Assembly: GCA_963807605.1 (NCBI GenBank)
Contig: CAWECG010000003.1
Location: 640,001-704,000, forward strand
Reading direction: 5' to 3'
DNA from: Candidatus Bathyarchaeota archaeon
Lineage (GTDB): Archaea; Thermoproteota; Bathyarchaeia; 40CM-2-53-6; RBG-13-38-9
Length of the DNA: 64,000 nt
In this document: in pieces, positions 50,196-59,790 of the stretch
Numbering within the stretch: position 1 is the stretch's first letter
Layout: every line of letters starts with the position of its first letter
Position numbers and translations under genes: made by a program
The notes under the pieces: model-generated
The model's input: only the letters and a program-made list of their open reading frames with translations
Told to the model about the DNA's origin: nothing
Database searches by the model: none

Positions 50196-51188
50196 TTGGG
50201 TGGAAGAAACACTCCCAAGATTGCTATAACGATGGGCTATGCAGCCGGCATTGGACCTGAACTGATTGTCAAAACACTGTCAAAACCAGAAATGCACCTT
50301 GTGTGCAGGCCCTTGGTCATAGGCGACAGTAGAATACTCCGGAAGATAGCTGGAATATGCGGTGTGACGATCGAGTGGAATAAGATTGAGAACGCTGGAC
50401 AGGCTGAATTCAAACCCGGTTTGGTTGACTTGATAGATCCGCAGAACACGCCGATTAATGATTTTGAGTGGGGAAAAGTCATTCCGTCTTTGGGCAAAGC
50501 CTCTGGAGAATATCTTGAGATTGCTTGGAAAGCCGCGATCGACAGAAAAGTCGAGGGAATCATATCGGGGGTCCTCCATAAAGAGGCGCTGAATAAAGGC
50601 GGCTACCCTTTTAGTGATGAACTTGAATTCTTCTCCAAGATTACTGGAAGCCCAAAGCCCTTTCTTGTCGGTGTAACAGGCAATTTATGGACCATTCCAG
50701 TCACCTGTCACATACCTTTCAAAAAGATCCCTGAGAAGATAACCGAAGATAATGTGCTCTTTCATATCAAAGCCATAAACCAAGTGATGCGCAACTACGG
50801 CTTTGAGAAACCCCGAATAGCGGTTGCTGCCCTTAACGTACACGGAGGAGAAGGAGGCCTCTTCGGTGATGAGGAGAAGAAAGCCATTAAACCAGCCATA
50901 TCAGAGGCATGTCGTCTTGGAATAGATGCATCTGGACCTTACCCGGCAGATACCATATTTATACGTGTTCAGAATGGAGAATTTGACTCCATTGTTGGCA
51001 TGTACCATGATCAAATAAACATAGGAAGGAAACTGATAGGTGGAATGAAGGGCGCGACACTCTTCATGGGACTTCCCGTTCCATGCGGCACAACAGCACA
51101 CGGCACAGCACTCGGTAAGGCTGGCAAAGGCATTGCTGACTTTTCAAGCATGGAAACTGCGGTCAAAATAGTCTCAAGACTTGCTTGA
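50196..51188 (+). CDS. PdxA-family dehydrogenase (likely PdxA2, acid-sugar phosphate)
   Basis: ITMG..AGIGPE, TCHIP, LN.HGGE.GLFG.EE, GP.PADT.F, MYHDQ, TAHGTA. Confidence 0.9.
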   Translation: MGGRNTPKIAITMGYAAGIGPELIVKTLSKPEMHLVCRPLVIGDSRILRKIAGICGVTIEWNKIENAGQAEFKPGLVDLIDPQNTPINDFEWGKVIPSLGKASGEYLEIAWKAAIDRKVEGIISGVLHKEALNKGGYPFSDELEFFSKITGSPKPFLVGVTGNLWTIPVTCHIPFKKIPEKITEDNVLFHIKAINQVMRNYGFEKPRIAVAALNVHGGEGGLFGDEEKKAIKPAISEACRLGIDASGPYPADTIFIRVQNGEFDSIVGMYHDQINIGRKLIGGMKGATLFMGLPVPCGTTAHGTALGKAGKGIADFSSMETAVKIVSRLA

Positions 51189-51454
51189 GACATGATGTCA
51201 AGAGCGCGCGTGCTATAGACCCCTTGTTCTACAACAAAATATGGAAACTTGACCAAGAGTATAATCTTGCACAATACCGAATCGCAGAAGAATATCTCAA
51301 TATTATCAGCGGTTCCACAGTTCAATCGAAAATCGATACCGATGAGCACGTGGTGACTTTTTGTTTTGCCTGTGGCACGCTGCTTGAGTCAGGAGTTATA
51401 TGCACGTAGCTAGAAGAATTTATGCAAACCATACGCGTGCTAAGAAATGTCGGG

Positions 51455-52486
51455 TTAATACTTTCCTTTCCATAGTTTTGTGTCTTTGGTCTTAACCACT
51501 TTGTTCCTTAGGACCCCTATGCCTTCTATTTCAAATTCTATAATGTCTCCTGGCTTTATCCATTGATCGTTCTCGGATCCACATCCTCCTCCAACCGTGC
51601 CTGAGCCGAAGACTTCTCCGGGGTGAAGTGTCTCGTCTTGAGAACAGTATTCAATTATTTCTTCCCAAGTGAATTGCATGGTTCCAGTGTTGCCGTCGGT
51701 AACTATTTTGTCATTTATTTTTGCGGTCATTCTCAGATTTCTTATTCTATTACGTAGCTCGTCAGCGGTTACAAGACAGGGTCCCATAATGTAGCCGTTG
51801 TTGAAGTCTTTGCCCTTGGCGGGTCCCATGCGGGATTCCATCTCGATCCTTTGCCTGTCTCTTGCGCTTAGATCGTTCAAAATGGTGTATCCTGCTATGT
51901 ATTCTGCTGCTTTGCTGCTGGGTATGTCTGTTCCTTTCTTGCCAATGTACATGGCATATTCGAACTCGTAGTCCAATTTGTTCGTATAGCTAGGCCATAG
52001 GATTGGATCGTCTGGACCAGCAATGAGGTTGGTATTGCATTTATGATATATCGGAATGTCGTAGAATATTTGGGAAACCGTCTCTCCCCGTCTCTTTCGC
52101 ATGGTTTCGTAGTGTTTCAGAAAACCCATGAAGTCTCTCATATGCGCTGGTTTAGGTATTGGCGCAAGTAACCTCACTTCTTGCCGGCTATATGTTATTC
52201 TTTCATCGTTAGGTCCCTTTAATCCGCTTTCTTTCTTCAGACTCGCTTCTACGTAATCAAGTGCTTTTCTTGAGGCTTCTCTAGCAAAGTCTCCACGTTT
52301 CAAGTACTCTATCATGTCAAGTGGGATAGTGAATTCCGCCAGGGTATAGGCCTCATCTTCTGCTTTATCGTAAAAAAGATACGACGCATAAGCCGTTCTT
52401 AAGTCCACTATGCGATCAAAACTTAAAGCACCAATTCTAGTGAAAATGCCAACAGGTGTCTTCACTTCAAAAGTAACTAGCTTCAA
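51455..52486 (-). CDS. Fumarylacetoacetate hydrolase family protein
   Basis: RDF..F..H, LDYEFE, GYTILNDLSARD.Q, KGKDF, GSGT. Confidence 0.92.
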   Translation of the reverse strand: MKLVTFEVKTPVGIFTRIGALSFDRIVDLRTAYASYLFYDKAEDEAYTLAEFTIPLDMIEYLKRGDFAREASRKALDYVEASLKKESGLKGPNDERITYSRQEVRLLAPIPKPAHMRDFMGFLKHYETMRKRRGETVSQIFYDIPIYHKCNTNLIAGPDDPILWPSYTNKLDYEFEYAMYIGKKGTDIPSSKAAEYIAGYTILNDLSARDRQRIEMESRMGPAKGKDFNNGYIMGPCLVTADELRNRIRNLRMTAKINDKIVTDGNTGTMQFTWEEIIEYCSQDETLHPGEVFGSGTVGGGCGSENDQWIKPGDIIEFEIEGIGVLRNKVVKTKDTKLWKGKY

Positions 52487-52851
52487 CCTTTACGCGTCTC
52501 CAGCTTCGATTATTGTAGGAGAAGTCCACCATGGAGAAAATATTAAGCATTTATTTTCGCTTTTCTGGAAGCATTAAGCGCGCCAATCAGATCAACCGTA
52601 ATTATGCCTGAAGGCTTGAAAGAAGACCCAACGTTTCTGACGGCCAATTTCAAGGTCAGCAAGGAACCGTAGCAGTCCGCCCCAACTGATCTTCAGTATG
52701 GGATCGTTTCCCCCTTTTTGTTTTCACTGAAGAACGTGACGCACGTGCGTGAACGCAGGATCTGTCTCCATGAGGCGCTGAAGCACGATGAACCTTGATC
52801 TTTAACCGCAAGTAATTTAAACCCTCTTCATTGACATCTTCAAAGGATTAG

Positions 52852-54240
52852 GTGTCTTTTAAGTTGAGTGAAGAAAAACCTAGCGAAGAAAAGAAGGTTG
52901 AAGAGAAGACGACTGAAGAGAAAAAGAAGATCACTAGACGTGCCTATCTGAAATACGCTGGCGGCGCTGTTGCCGTTGCTGCCATAGCTGCTGCGGGATA
53001 CGAGGCTTACCAGTACTATGGACAACCTGTTACCCCAACTACCTCAGTTTCGCATGTTACACCCCCCCCAGGTTACAAGACAGTGAAAATCGGTGGAACC
53101 AAGCCGCTAACCGGTTCTGCGGCACTAAACGGTATAGATGAAGATCATGGGCTGGAAATCTGGGCGAAGGATTGGGTCAACAACCAAGGCGGAATAAAGG
53201 CTGGAGACGGAAACACATACATGGTCGATTTGACTATCTACAATGACGAGTCAAAACCTGAGAACGTAAGCAGATTCTATGAGAAACTGATCAGCGAGGA
53301 TAAAATGGACTTCCTAATGGGCCCCGTTTGGGGGCCTCTTGGCCAAGCAACGGTCGCTGCGGTTGAGAAATACCATAAACTGGAGATCTATGGAAACTCT
53401 ACCTTCGACCCAGCACAGTGGAAGAACTGGAAATACATAATGATGGTCCAGACCAATGGAAGCGAATACCTGAACATTCTAAATAAGATGATCATCAACA
53501 AGATTATACCCAAAGATCCGGATGCAAAGAACATAGCGATAGTCCACACCGACGATGGATTTGGAATCATAGCTGGAACATATGGCTACCAGTGGGCAAA
53601 GCAGCAGCCTCAACTGAACATAGTCTACTATGAGAAGGTATCTTTCGATTCAACAGATTTTACTCCGGTACTCACAAGGGTCAAACAAGCCAATCCATCG
53701 ATACTCCTATTCGAAGCCGGTCTTAAAGCACCACTGGCTGCAAAGAATGTTCGCGAGCTCGGGCTAGACCTGAAACTATTCTACGCCGGCACCTACGGAG
53801 TTTACAAAACATTCTACGACGGACTCGGCCCCAAGTACGGCGAAGACATAGTCTCTATAACCCAGTGGGTTCCGGGAGAGGACTACCCATCCAACTATGG
53901 ACCAACAGAAGACTGGTTCATGACACAATTAAAGAATGACTACAACGTTACAAATCCAGGATACCCGGCAGGGACAGGTTTCACGCAAGGCCTTATCCTG
54001 CAAGCCGCTATGGAGAAATGTAGTAACCCGTTGGACTCCGACGCGATGAGACAGGTTGTCGGCAATGTAAAGTTCACTGGTTTCTTCGGGGATATAGCCT
54101 TCGATCCGGTGACTGGCTGGCAGACAGGCCACGAGATGTCAGCGCTGCAGTGGCAGGATGGCAAACCAGTCTGCGTCTACCCAGACAAGGTCGCGAAGGC
54201 GCCAGTGAGATATCCAATGGCAAAGTGGTCTACACTCTAA
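52852..54240 (+). CDS. Branched-chain amino-acid-type ABC substrate-binding protein with Tat signal
   Basis: TRRAYLK Tat motif, PLTG, N.QGGI, Y.DES.P; no permease genes adjacent. Confidence 0.88.
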   Translation: MSFKLSEEKPSEEKKVEEKTTEEKKKITRRAYLKYAGGAVAVAAIAAAGYEAYQYYGQPVTPTTSVSHVTPPPGYKTVKIGGTKPLTGSAALNGIDEDHGLEIWAKDWVNNQGGIKAGDGNTYMVDLTIYNDESKPENVSRFYEKLISEDKMDFLMGPVWGPLGQATVAAVEKYHKLEIYGNSTFDPAQWKNWKYIMMVQTNGSEYLNILNKMIINKIIPKDPDAKNIAIVHTDDGFGIIAGTYGYQWAKQQPQLNIVYYEKVSFDSTDFTPVLTRVKQANPSILLFEAGLKAPLAAKNVRELGLDLKLFYAGTYGVYKTFYDGLGPKYGEDIVSITQWVPGEDYPSNYGPTEDWFMTQLKNDYNVTNPGYPAGTGFTQGLILQAAMEKCSNPLDSDAMRQVVGNVKFTGFFGDIAFDPVTGWQTGHEMSALQWQDGKPVCVYPDKVAKAPVRYPMAKWSTL

Positions 54241-54249
54241 ACCACAGAT

Positions 54250-54289
54250 CTCCTTTCCTCCTTTTCCCTTTTCTTTTTTCTTTTTTCTT
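54250..54289 (+). terminator. Oligo-T terminator
   Basis: Long C/T tract with several T runs directly after stop. Confidence 0.6.
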
Positions 54290-54705
54290 AGGATGGATAG
54301 GTATGGTGCTAGAGTTTTTCGCGCAGACAATTGATTTCTGCTTTTGAATATCGGCTTTGCCTAAGATCTAAAGAACACGTGATTCTGTGGTGTTCGGATC
54401 GCTGTAGGAGATCGTTGTCATCTGCGATAGATGATTTCACCGTGATGAGATGCGCGCGCCGAAGCTTTCGGCATGCTTTTGGCGTCATTAAGCTTGCCGA
54501 AGTGGCTTTATCATATCTCTGAAGCTCTGCCAATGAGGAAAGTTGAATTGGGAGAACCTGCCTCTACGCTGCTGAAATACGGTAGTTGAGTATTCCGGAT
54601 TCACATCATCGTGACTCGTTGATCGGTGGGTCTTGCGATTACTATACACTTATCTGACAGAACTTATTAGCACAATATTCGTTCAGTTGGTTTAGGCGCT
54701 TTTAC

Positions 54706-55035
54706 ATGGCTAACGTGGCCAGAGGATTGATAGTCATTGGCATCGGGGTTCTTGTGGTGTTGATGTTTGCTCTCCCGTCTGGTGTAGGTCCCGCGGGTTC
54801 TGGATTTTTGATAATTGAAGTTGGTGGAATAATATTATATGCAGGCCTTGCAATACTTGTTTTTGACATCACTGAATATAGTGCGCACACCAAAAAGACT
54901 AGTACAAGTCACCGCTCACCGTCCGTAGTCTGTAGGAACTGCGGCAGAGATCTCAAGGCGCTACCTCAGGACGCCAAATTCTGCTATTACTGCGGGAGCT
55001 CAACAGTAAGTGACGAAGAGACAAAGATTTACTAG
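54706..55035 (+). CDS. 2-TM membrane protein with Zn-ribbon
   Basis: Two TM helices, CRNCG...AKFCYYCG, C-terminal ETKIY. Confidence 0.75.
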   Translation: MANVARGLIVIGIGVLVVLMFALPSGVGPAGSGFLIIEVGGIILYAGLAILVFDITEYSAHTKKTSTSHRSPSVVCRNCGRDLKALPQDAKFCYYCGSSTVSDEETKIY

Positions 55036-55362
55036 TTACGTAGGTGCTCCTCCCGCTACAATTGCTCAATTGTCACGGTTGATGAATAAGCAATTCTTCA
55101 CGATTGTTAGAGAACATGTCTTCACAGTAATCATTATTCATATTACAACGTACATAACCGAGAATAATAGAACTCAAGCTTGATCATCAAATACGAATTA
55201 TGTTTTGACGTAGGTCAGTTGCAACACTTGTTTCAGGCTGGAGTCAGTCTGTCAGGCAAGGATGTTTGATATTGAATAATTCGCGTATCATAGCGCGTGC
55301 TTTCTGTCATTTTGGAAACTCTTATACTCTAACTGTAGCAACTCTATTTTGGGGTTCTCATA

Positions 55363-56625
55363 ATGGCTTTTTCTCCTGCTATGAAATGCACAGTCAATCG
55401 TTCCTATGTGAAGGCTAACGCAGGTGGGGTAGTGTTTGTAGCAATAGACTTTACGCCACCCCAAGTCGCGACTGTTTACCGACAGAATATGAATGTCTCT
55501 CTTGCTGTTGATTGCAGTGGCTCTATGTCGGGGGGGAAATTGACTCAAGCAAAAGAATCAGCCCTAGCATTGAGCCAGCAACTAGGTCCAAACGACATTA
55601 TCTCCGTCGTTTCCTTTGAGAGTCACGCAAAGGTCAAATTGAAGGCAACGAAAGCCTCCGATTCCGCGGCGATAGATGGGGCTATCGAGAAGATCGAACT
55701 GGGAGGGGGTACGAATATGTATGGTGGTCTCGAGCACTCGTACAAAGAGACACTTAAGAATTCTGGCAACGCCGGCACCATAAGTAGGGTTCTCGTGTTA
55801 ACTGACGGCCAGCCTACCGAAGGAAAAACGAACGATAATGATTTCGTCAAACTCGCCCAGAAGATCAGGGACGACGGAATTACGATAACAACTTTGGGCA
55901 TAGGTAATGACTATAATGACGCTTTGCTAACCAAGATTGCTCAAACTGGCGGTGGACTTTGGTATCACATAAGAGATCCCGCTAGGGATCTTGGGGAGAT
56001 CTTCAAGGAACAAGTCACCCAGATGATAGGGACCCTTGTCAGAAATCCTGTTCTGAAGATGCGACTCATGCCGGGAGCGGAGTTCTCTCAGGTTTTCGCC
56101 GTGAAACCTATGTTAACGCAACTGCCAAACCCGATTGGCGCTAACAATCAATACCAAATTCCCATCAAGGACCTCATCTCAGAGCAAGAACAGAACCTCG
56201 TATTCAAAATAAGATTCCCTCCAAGACAGCCAGGGCTATTCAGGCTACTTCGCGCCGAGTTGCAGAATATATCCCAAGATCTTACAGTAACATATACGAT
56301 AGATCCGAAGCTGTATGAGCCCGAATTGGATCCCTATCCGCGAGCGTTACTTAGACTAAGTGAAGCAACCGTAGTTATGAGAAGCGGAATAGCGAGCAAT
56401 GACCAGACAGTTGCTCGAAACGCCGACACGATATTAAGAGAAATCACTGCTGATGGGAACTTGGCAACCGTTGTGAAAAAGAATCCAGTAGTTGGTGACG
56501 TACTGACAGCATTGCAAGGTACGAAACTCAAGATGAGTAAAGGCCTAATCAGCGAGTCTGACAAGAAACAGATGATGCAAGAATCAACTTTTATAGGTAA
56601 GAAGAAGTCAGACATGAGGAGTTGA
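55363..56625 (+). CDS. von Willebrand factor A domain protein (ArnB-like)
   Basis: MIDAS DCSGS, GGT, LTDG, GIG.DYN..LL..IA. Confidence 0.92.
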   Translation: MAFSPAMKCTVNRSYVKANAGGVVFVAIDFTPPQVATVYRQNMNVSLAVDCSGSMSGGKLTQAKESALALSQQLGPNDIISVVSFESHAKVKLKATKASDSAAIDGAIEKIELGGGTNMYGGLEHSYKETLKNSGNAGTISRVLVLTDGQPTEGKTNDNDFVKLAQKIRDDGITITTLGIGNDYNDALLTKIAQTGGGLWYHIRDPARDLGEIFKEQVTQMIGTLVRNPVLKMRLMPGAEFSQVFAVKPMLTQLPNPIGANNQYQIPIKDLISEQEQNLVFKIRFPPRQPGLFRLLRAELQNISQDLTVTYTIDPKLYEPELDPYPRALLRLSEATVVMRSGIASNDQTVARNADTILREITADGNLATVVKKNPVVGDVLTALQGTKLKMSKGLISESDKKQMMQESTFIGKKKSDMRS

Positions 56626-56631
56626 TGGATC

Positions 56632-57222
56632 CTGGTCGACTGTCCTTCATGTAACAAGCCGGTTAGACCTGGAGACGGATACTGTGAGAACTGCGGTGCA
56701 GCTGTGACCCAGCCTGTTCAACCTGCTGTTCAGCCGCCAAGCCCAACTTCGAGCAAGATTATGTGTCAGAGTTGCGGTGCAGAGAATCCACCCGATGCGA
56801 TGTTCTGCGAGCTATGTGGAAAGCAGTTGGCTCCGCCAGGTATGGCTCCGAGTCCCGCCCCGGTGGCACTCGCTCAAAGAGGTTACCTGACCTTGCCTGA
56901 TGGTTCACAAATTGAAATTACTCTCTCCCAGAGAGCAATCGGCAGAGTTGATCTTTCCAAGTTTCTAACGGAGAGCGAGGATATTAACCAGATATCAAGG
57001 GCACATGCAACCGTCTGGTCCGAATCTACACCAGACGGGCAAGCAAAATTCTTCGTCGAGGACGGCGTGACAAATGTTCAGAACAAAGCCAGTCTAAACG
57101 GTACTGCACTTGTGAGAAGTGGAAATAGGGAAGAGATTAAAGAGAAGGGTAGACGTGAACTTCAGAACGGTGACGAGATCGATATAGCAGAAGTAATCAA
57201 GTTAAAATTCACTATCCAGTAA
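56632..57222 (+). CDS. Double Zn-ribbon + FHA domain protein (ArnA-like), probable CTG start
   Basis: In-frame CPSC...CENC upstream of the called GTG 56704; CQSC..CELC; FHA IGR, SRAHA, S.NGT. Confidence 0.85.
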   Translation: MVDCPSCNKPVRPGDGYCENCGAAVTQPVQPAVQPPSPTSSKIMCQSCGAENPPDAMFCELCGKQLAPPGMAPSPAPVALAQRGYLTLPDGSQIEITLSQRAIGRVDLSKFLTESEDINQISRAHATVWSESTPDGQAKFFVEDGVTNVQNKASLNGTALVRSGNREEIKEKGRRELQNGDEIDIAEVIKLKFTIQ

Positions 57223-57237
57223 TCCACAATCTAGTGC

Positions 57238-58425
57238 ATGGACGTGTCTTTGTCTTCAGGTCACTTCATCGCAGGGAACAAGAACTTATACAGGATAGAG
57301 CGTGAGATCACTGCTGGAGGCATGGGATACGTCTACGCAGCTAGGTCGAGCTACGGGCATGAAGTCGTTGTTAAGACCACCCGATTCTATGGAGATAGAC
57401 TTGATCAAGTCAGGCTCGAGAGGCTCAAGACAGAAGCAAGGATACTAAGTCTTCTAAACCACCCGAATATTGTCCGGTACATCGACCATCGAGATGACGG
57501 AGAGAGATTCTACCTTGTCATAGAGATGATCCATGGCCGAACCATGAAAGATGAGTATTTGGGGCGACCTGCTTCTGAATCAGCTGTGAAAGAATACGTT
57601 CTGTTTCTTCTCGAAGCCTTAAGATATTTACACGGACAGCAAGTCGTACATCGTGATGTCAATCCTAAGAACCTAATTTTGGACCCCTACAGGCAACTGG
57701 TCCTAATAGATTTTGGAGCAGCCAGACAATTAGACAGCCAAACAACAGGGCTCGGCAAATACGTGGGCACTGAATACTGGTCGGATCCTGAACAGTTCAC
57801 CACAGGGCTAGTTAGCGTTTGCAATGATATCTATGCTGTGGGCTCGACTATGTTCTTTCTCCTTACAGGAGAGGAACCGAGAAAATACCTGACGGACCGA
57901 AAACTCTTGACTAGGCTACCACACCAAATCAACCCCTCTGTGAGCCGTGAGCTATCTAGAATTGTCAAGATCGCCATGGACCCTAACCCTTCAGAAAGAT
58001 TTCAAACAACAGACGAAATGATAAGCCTGATAAAGAATGGGCATACGGCTACCTTGGGTGAACCACACATACTATTCCAAGGCAGAAGATATGAGATTAG
58101 GGAAGAGTTTGAGATAGGACGAGCACACGAATGCGATTCTGAATGCAGCTTGAAGAATTTTCATAGTCCACCTGATCTCCCAGTAAGCGACCCTGATAAT
58201 TACATCGATAGACACCATGCTAGACTCTCCATCGATCGTTCTGGAACATGTTGGATCGAAGACCTTGGTAGCCTGAATTCCCCAGCAATCTCACATGATG
58301 GAGGAAGGACTTTTAAGAGAATACCAAGAAATGGGAGGAACCGGCTTCATGAAGGAGATACTGTGGCGATTGTCTACAGTAATCGACGTGGAGCCTACAT
58401 GACCTTTACATTCAGGACGATGTAG
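57238..58425 (+). CDS. Hanks-type Ser/Thr kinase with C-terminal FHA
   Basis: GGMG.VY, VVK, HRDVNPKN, DFG, GT..WSDPE; FHA IGR...RHHA...DLGSLN. Confidence 0.93.
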   Translation: MDVSLSSGHFIAGNKNLYRIEREITAGGMGYVYAARSSYGHEVVVKTTRFYGDRLDQVRLERLKTEARILSLLNHPNIVRYIDHRDDGERFYLVIEMIHGRTMKDEYLGRPASESAVKEYVLFLLEALRYLHGQQVVHRDVNPKNLILDPYRQLVLIDFGAARQLDSQTTGLGKYVGTEYWSDPEQFTTGLVSVCNDIYAVGSTMFFLLTGEEPRKYLTDRKLLTRLPHQINPSVSRELSRIVKIAMDPNPSERFQTTDEMISLIKNGHTATLGEPHILFQGRRYEIREEFEIGRAHECDSECSLKNFHSPPDLPVSDPDNYIDRHHARLSIDRSGTCWIEDLGSLNSPAISHDGGRTFKRIPRNGRNRLHEGDTVAIVYSNRRGAYMTFTFRTM

Positions 58426-58429
58426 GCAA

Positions 58430-59320
58430 GTGAACGGGGATAACTCTACAAAAAATGCGAACACTACCCCGAAGAGATCGCCTTTACAAGAAGATATCGA
58501 AAAAGTCTTAGAACAGCCGAAAAAGATAACTGAAACAGCCACTCGCTCCGAAAAAAAGATCGGTTTTGCCACACACGTCGGAATGCATCGACAGTTGAAT
58601 GAAGACAGCTTGGCATCATTAGAGGTTACAGCCGCCTACGAATCGAAGACAAAGAAACGCCTTCTACTTCTCGTGGCCGACGGGATGGGAGGCCACAATG
58701 CGGGCGAGATTGCAAGCCGGATAGGTTCCGAGACCATAGTTAATGCTCTTGCGCAACTGCTAAGCTCGAAGGACGAAAACGCTTCCAGATATGGTGAAGC
58801 ATTTAGAGCAGCCATTTCATTGGCGAATCAAAGGATCCTACAAGCATCCACTCAGACTTCTGGAAGTGAAGGCATGGGCACAACCGTCACCTTGGCAATA
58901 ATCGACGGCAACCAGCTCCATACTGCTAATGTTGGTGATTCAAGGTGCTACATAATAAATGAGGAAGATGCATGGCAGTTCACGAAGGATCATTCCTACG
59001 TTCAACAATTGGTCGATCAAGGAAAGATTACCCGTGAAGAGGCCAGAACTCATCCGAGACGAAATGAGATTACAAGAGTCGTCGGATACTATGGCGTAGT
59101 CGAAATTGACACAGGCGTCACGTCTCTGGATGAGAATGATCGTGTGCTCCTCTGCTCCGACGGATTGATAGCTCACGTGGAGGACGATGAGCTAAAGCGA
59201 ATAGCCCTAGACCATACAGATCCACAGAAGGCTTGCGACGAACTCGTTGAACTCGCGAACAGCAGAGGGGGTAGAGATAACATATCTATTATCATTGCTC
59301 CAGCGAACATTGTGATTTAG
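58430..59320 (+). CDS. PP2C/Stp1-type Ser/Thr phosphatase
   Basis: R..NED, VADGMGG, MGTT, NVGDSR, DHS, CSDG, GG.DN. Confidence 0.95.
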   Translation: MNGDNSTKNANTTPKRSPLQEDIEKVLEQPKKITETATRSEKKIGFATHVGMHRQLNEDSLASLEVTAAYESKTKKRLLLLVADGMGGHNAGEIASRIGSETIVNALAQLLSSKDENASRYGEAFRAAISLANQRILQASTQTSGSEGMGTTVTLAIIDGNQLHTANVGDSRCYIINEEDAWQFTKDHSYVQQLVDQGKITREEARTHPRRNEITRVVGYYGVVEIDTGVTSLDENDRVLLCSDGLIAHVEDDELKRIALDHTDPQKACDELVELANSRGGRDNISIIIAPANIVI

Positions 59321-59439
59321 CACGCGGGCCGTGATGGATTGGCCGAGAGTTGAAAGACGTGGACAAACAGCAATTTCTGGTTGCTCTGGAAAATTCCAGA
59401 TTCACTAGGTTTCGGAATCTTTCGGAAGGTCTTAACGAC

Positions 59440-59661
59440 TTATTTCAGTTTCTTTCCACATGATGGACAGAAAATGGAAGTCTTTCTTACTTGATTTCCA
59501 CAGAATCTGCAGAAAGCCCTCTTTTTCTTCGATGGAAAGCTTAGTCTCGGAACAGAGAGTTTGAAGTTGCGTATACTGTTAAGGTATAGAGTGAAACTAG
59601 AAATATCGAGCGCCGCCAATGAGCGGAGATATAGGCTTGGAAAGCTGAAATTCAACCCCAA
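59440..59661 (-). CDS. Small Zn-ribbon ORF or gene remnant
   Basis: C-terminal FCRFCG...FCPSCG. Confidence 0.45.
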   Translation of the reverse strand: MGLNFSFPSLYLRSLAALDISSFTLYLNSIRNFKLSVPRLSFPSKKKRAFCRFCGNQVRKTSIFCPSCGKKLK

Positions 59662-59790
59662 GTCTTTTAGTCGCCTCTTAAGGGGGAGATTCTGCAGGCG
59701 ATTATTATAAGATTTGTTGGCGAGGTTTCAGTAGATTCTCCGTCTGTGTGTTTATTATCATAATGATAGCATCCGAAGGTGCGCGTTTCT

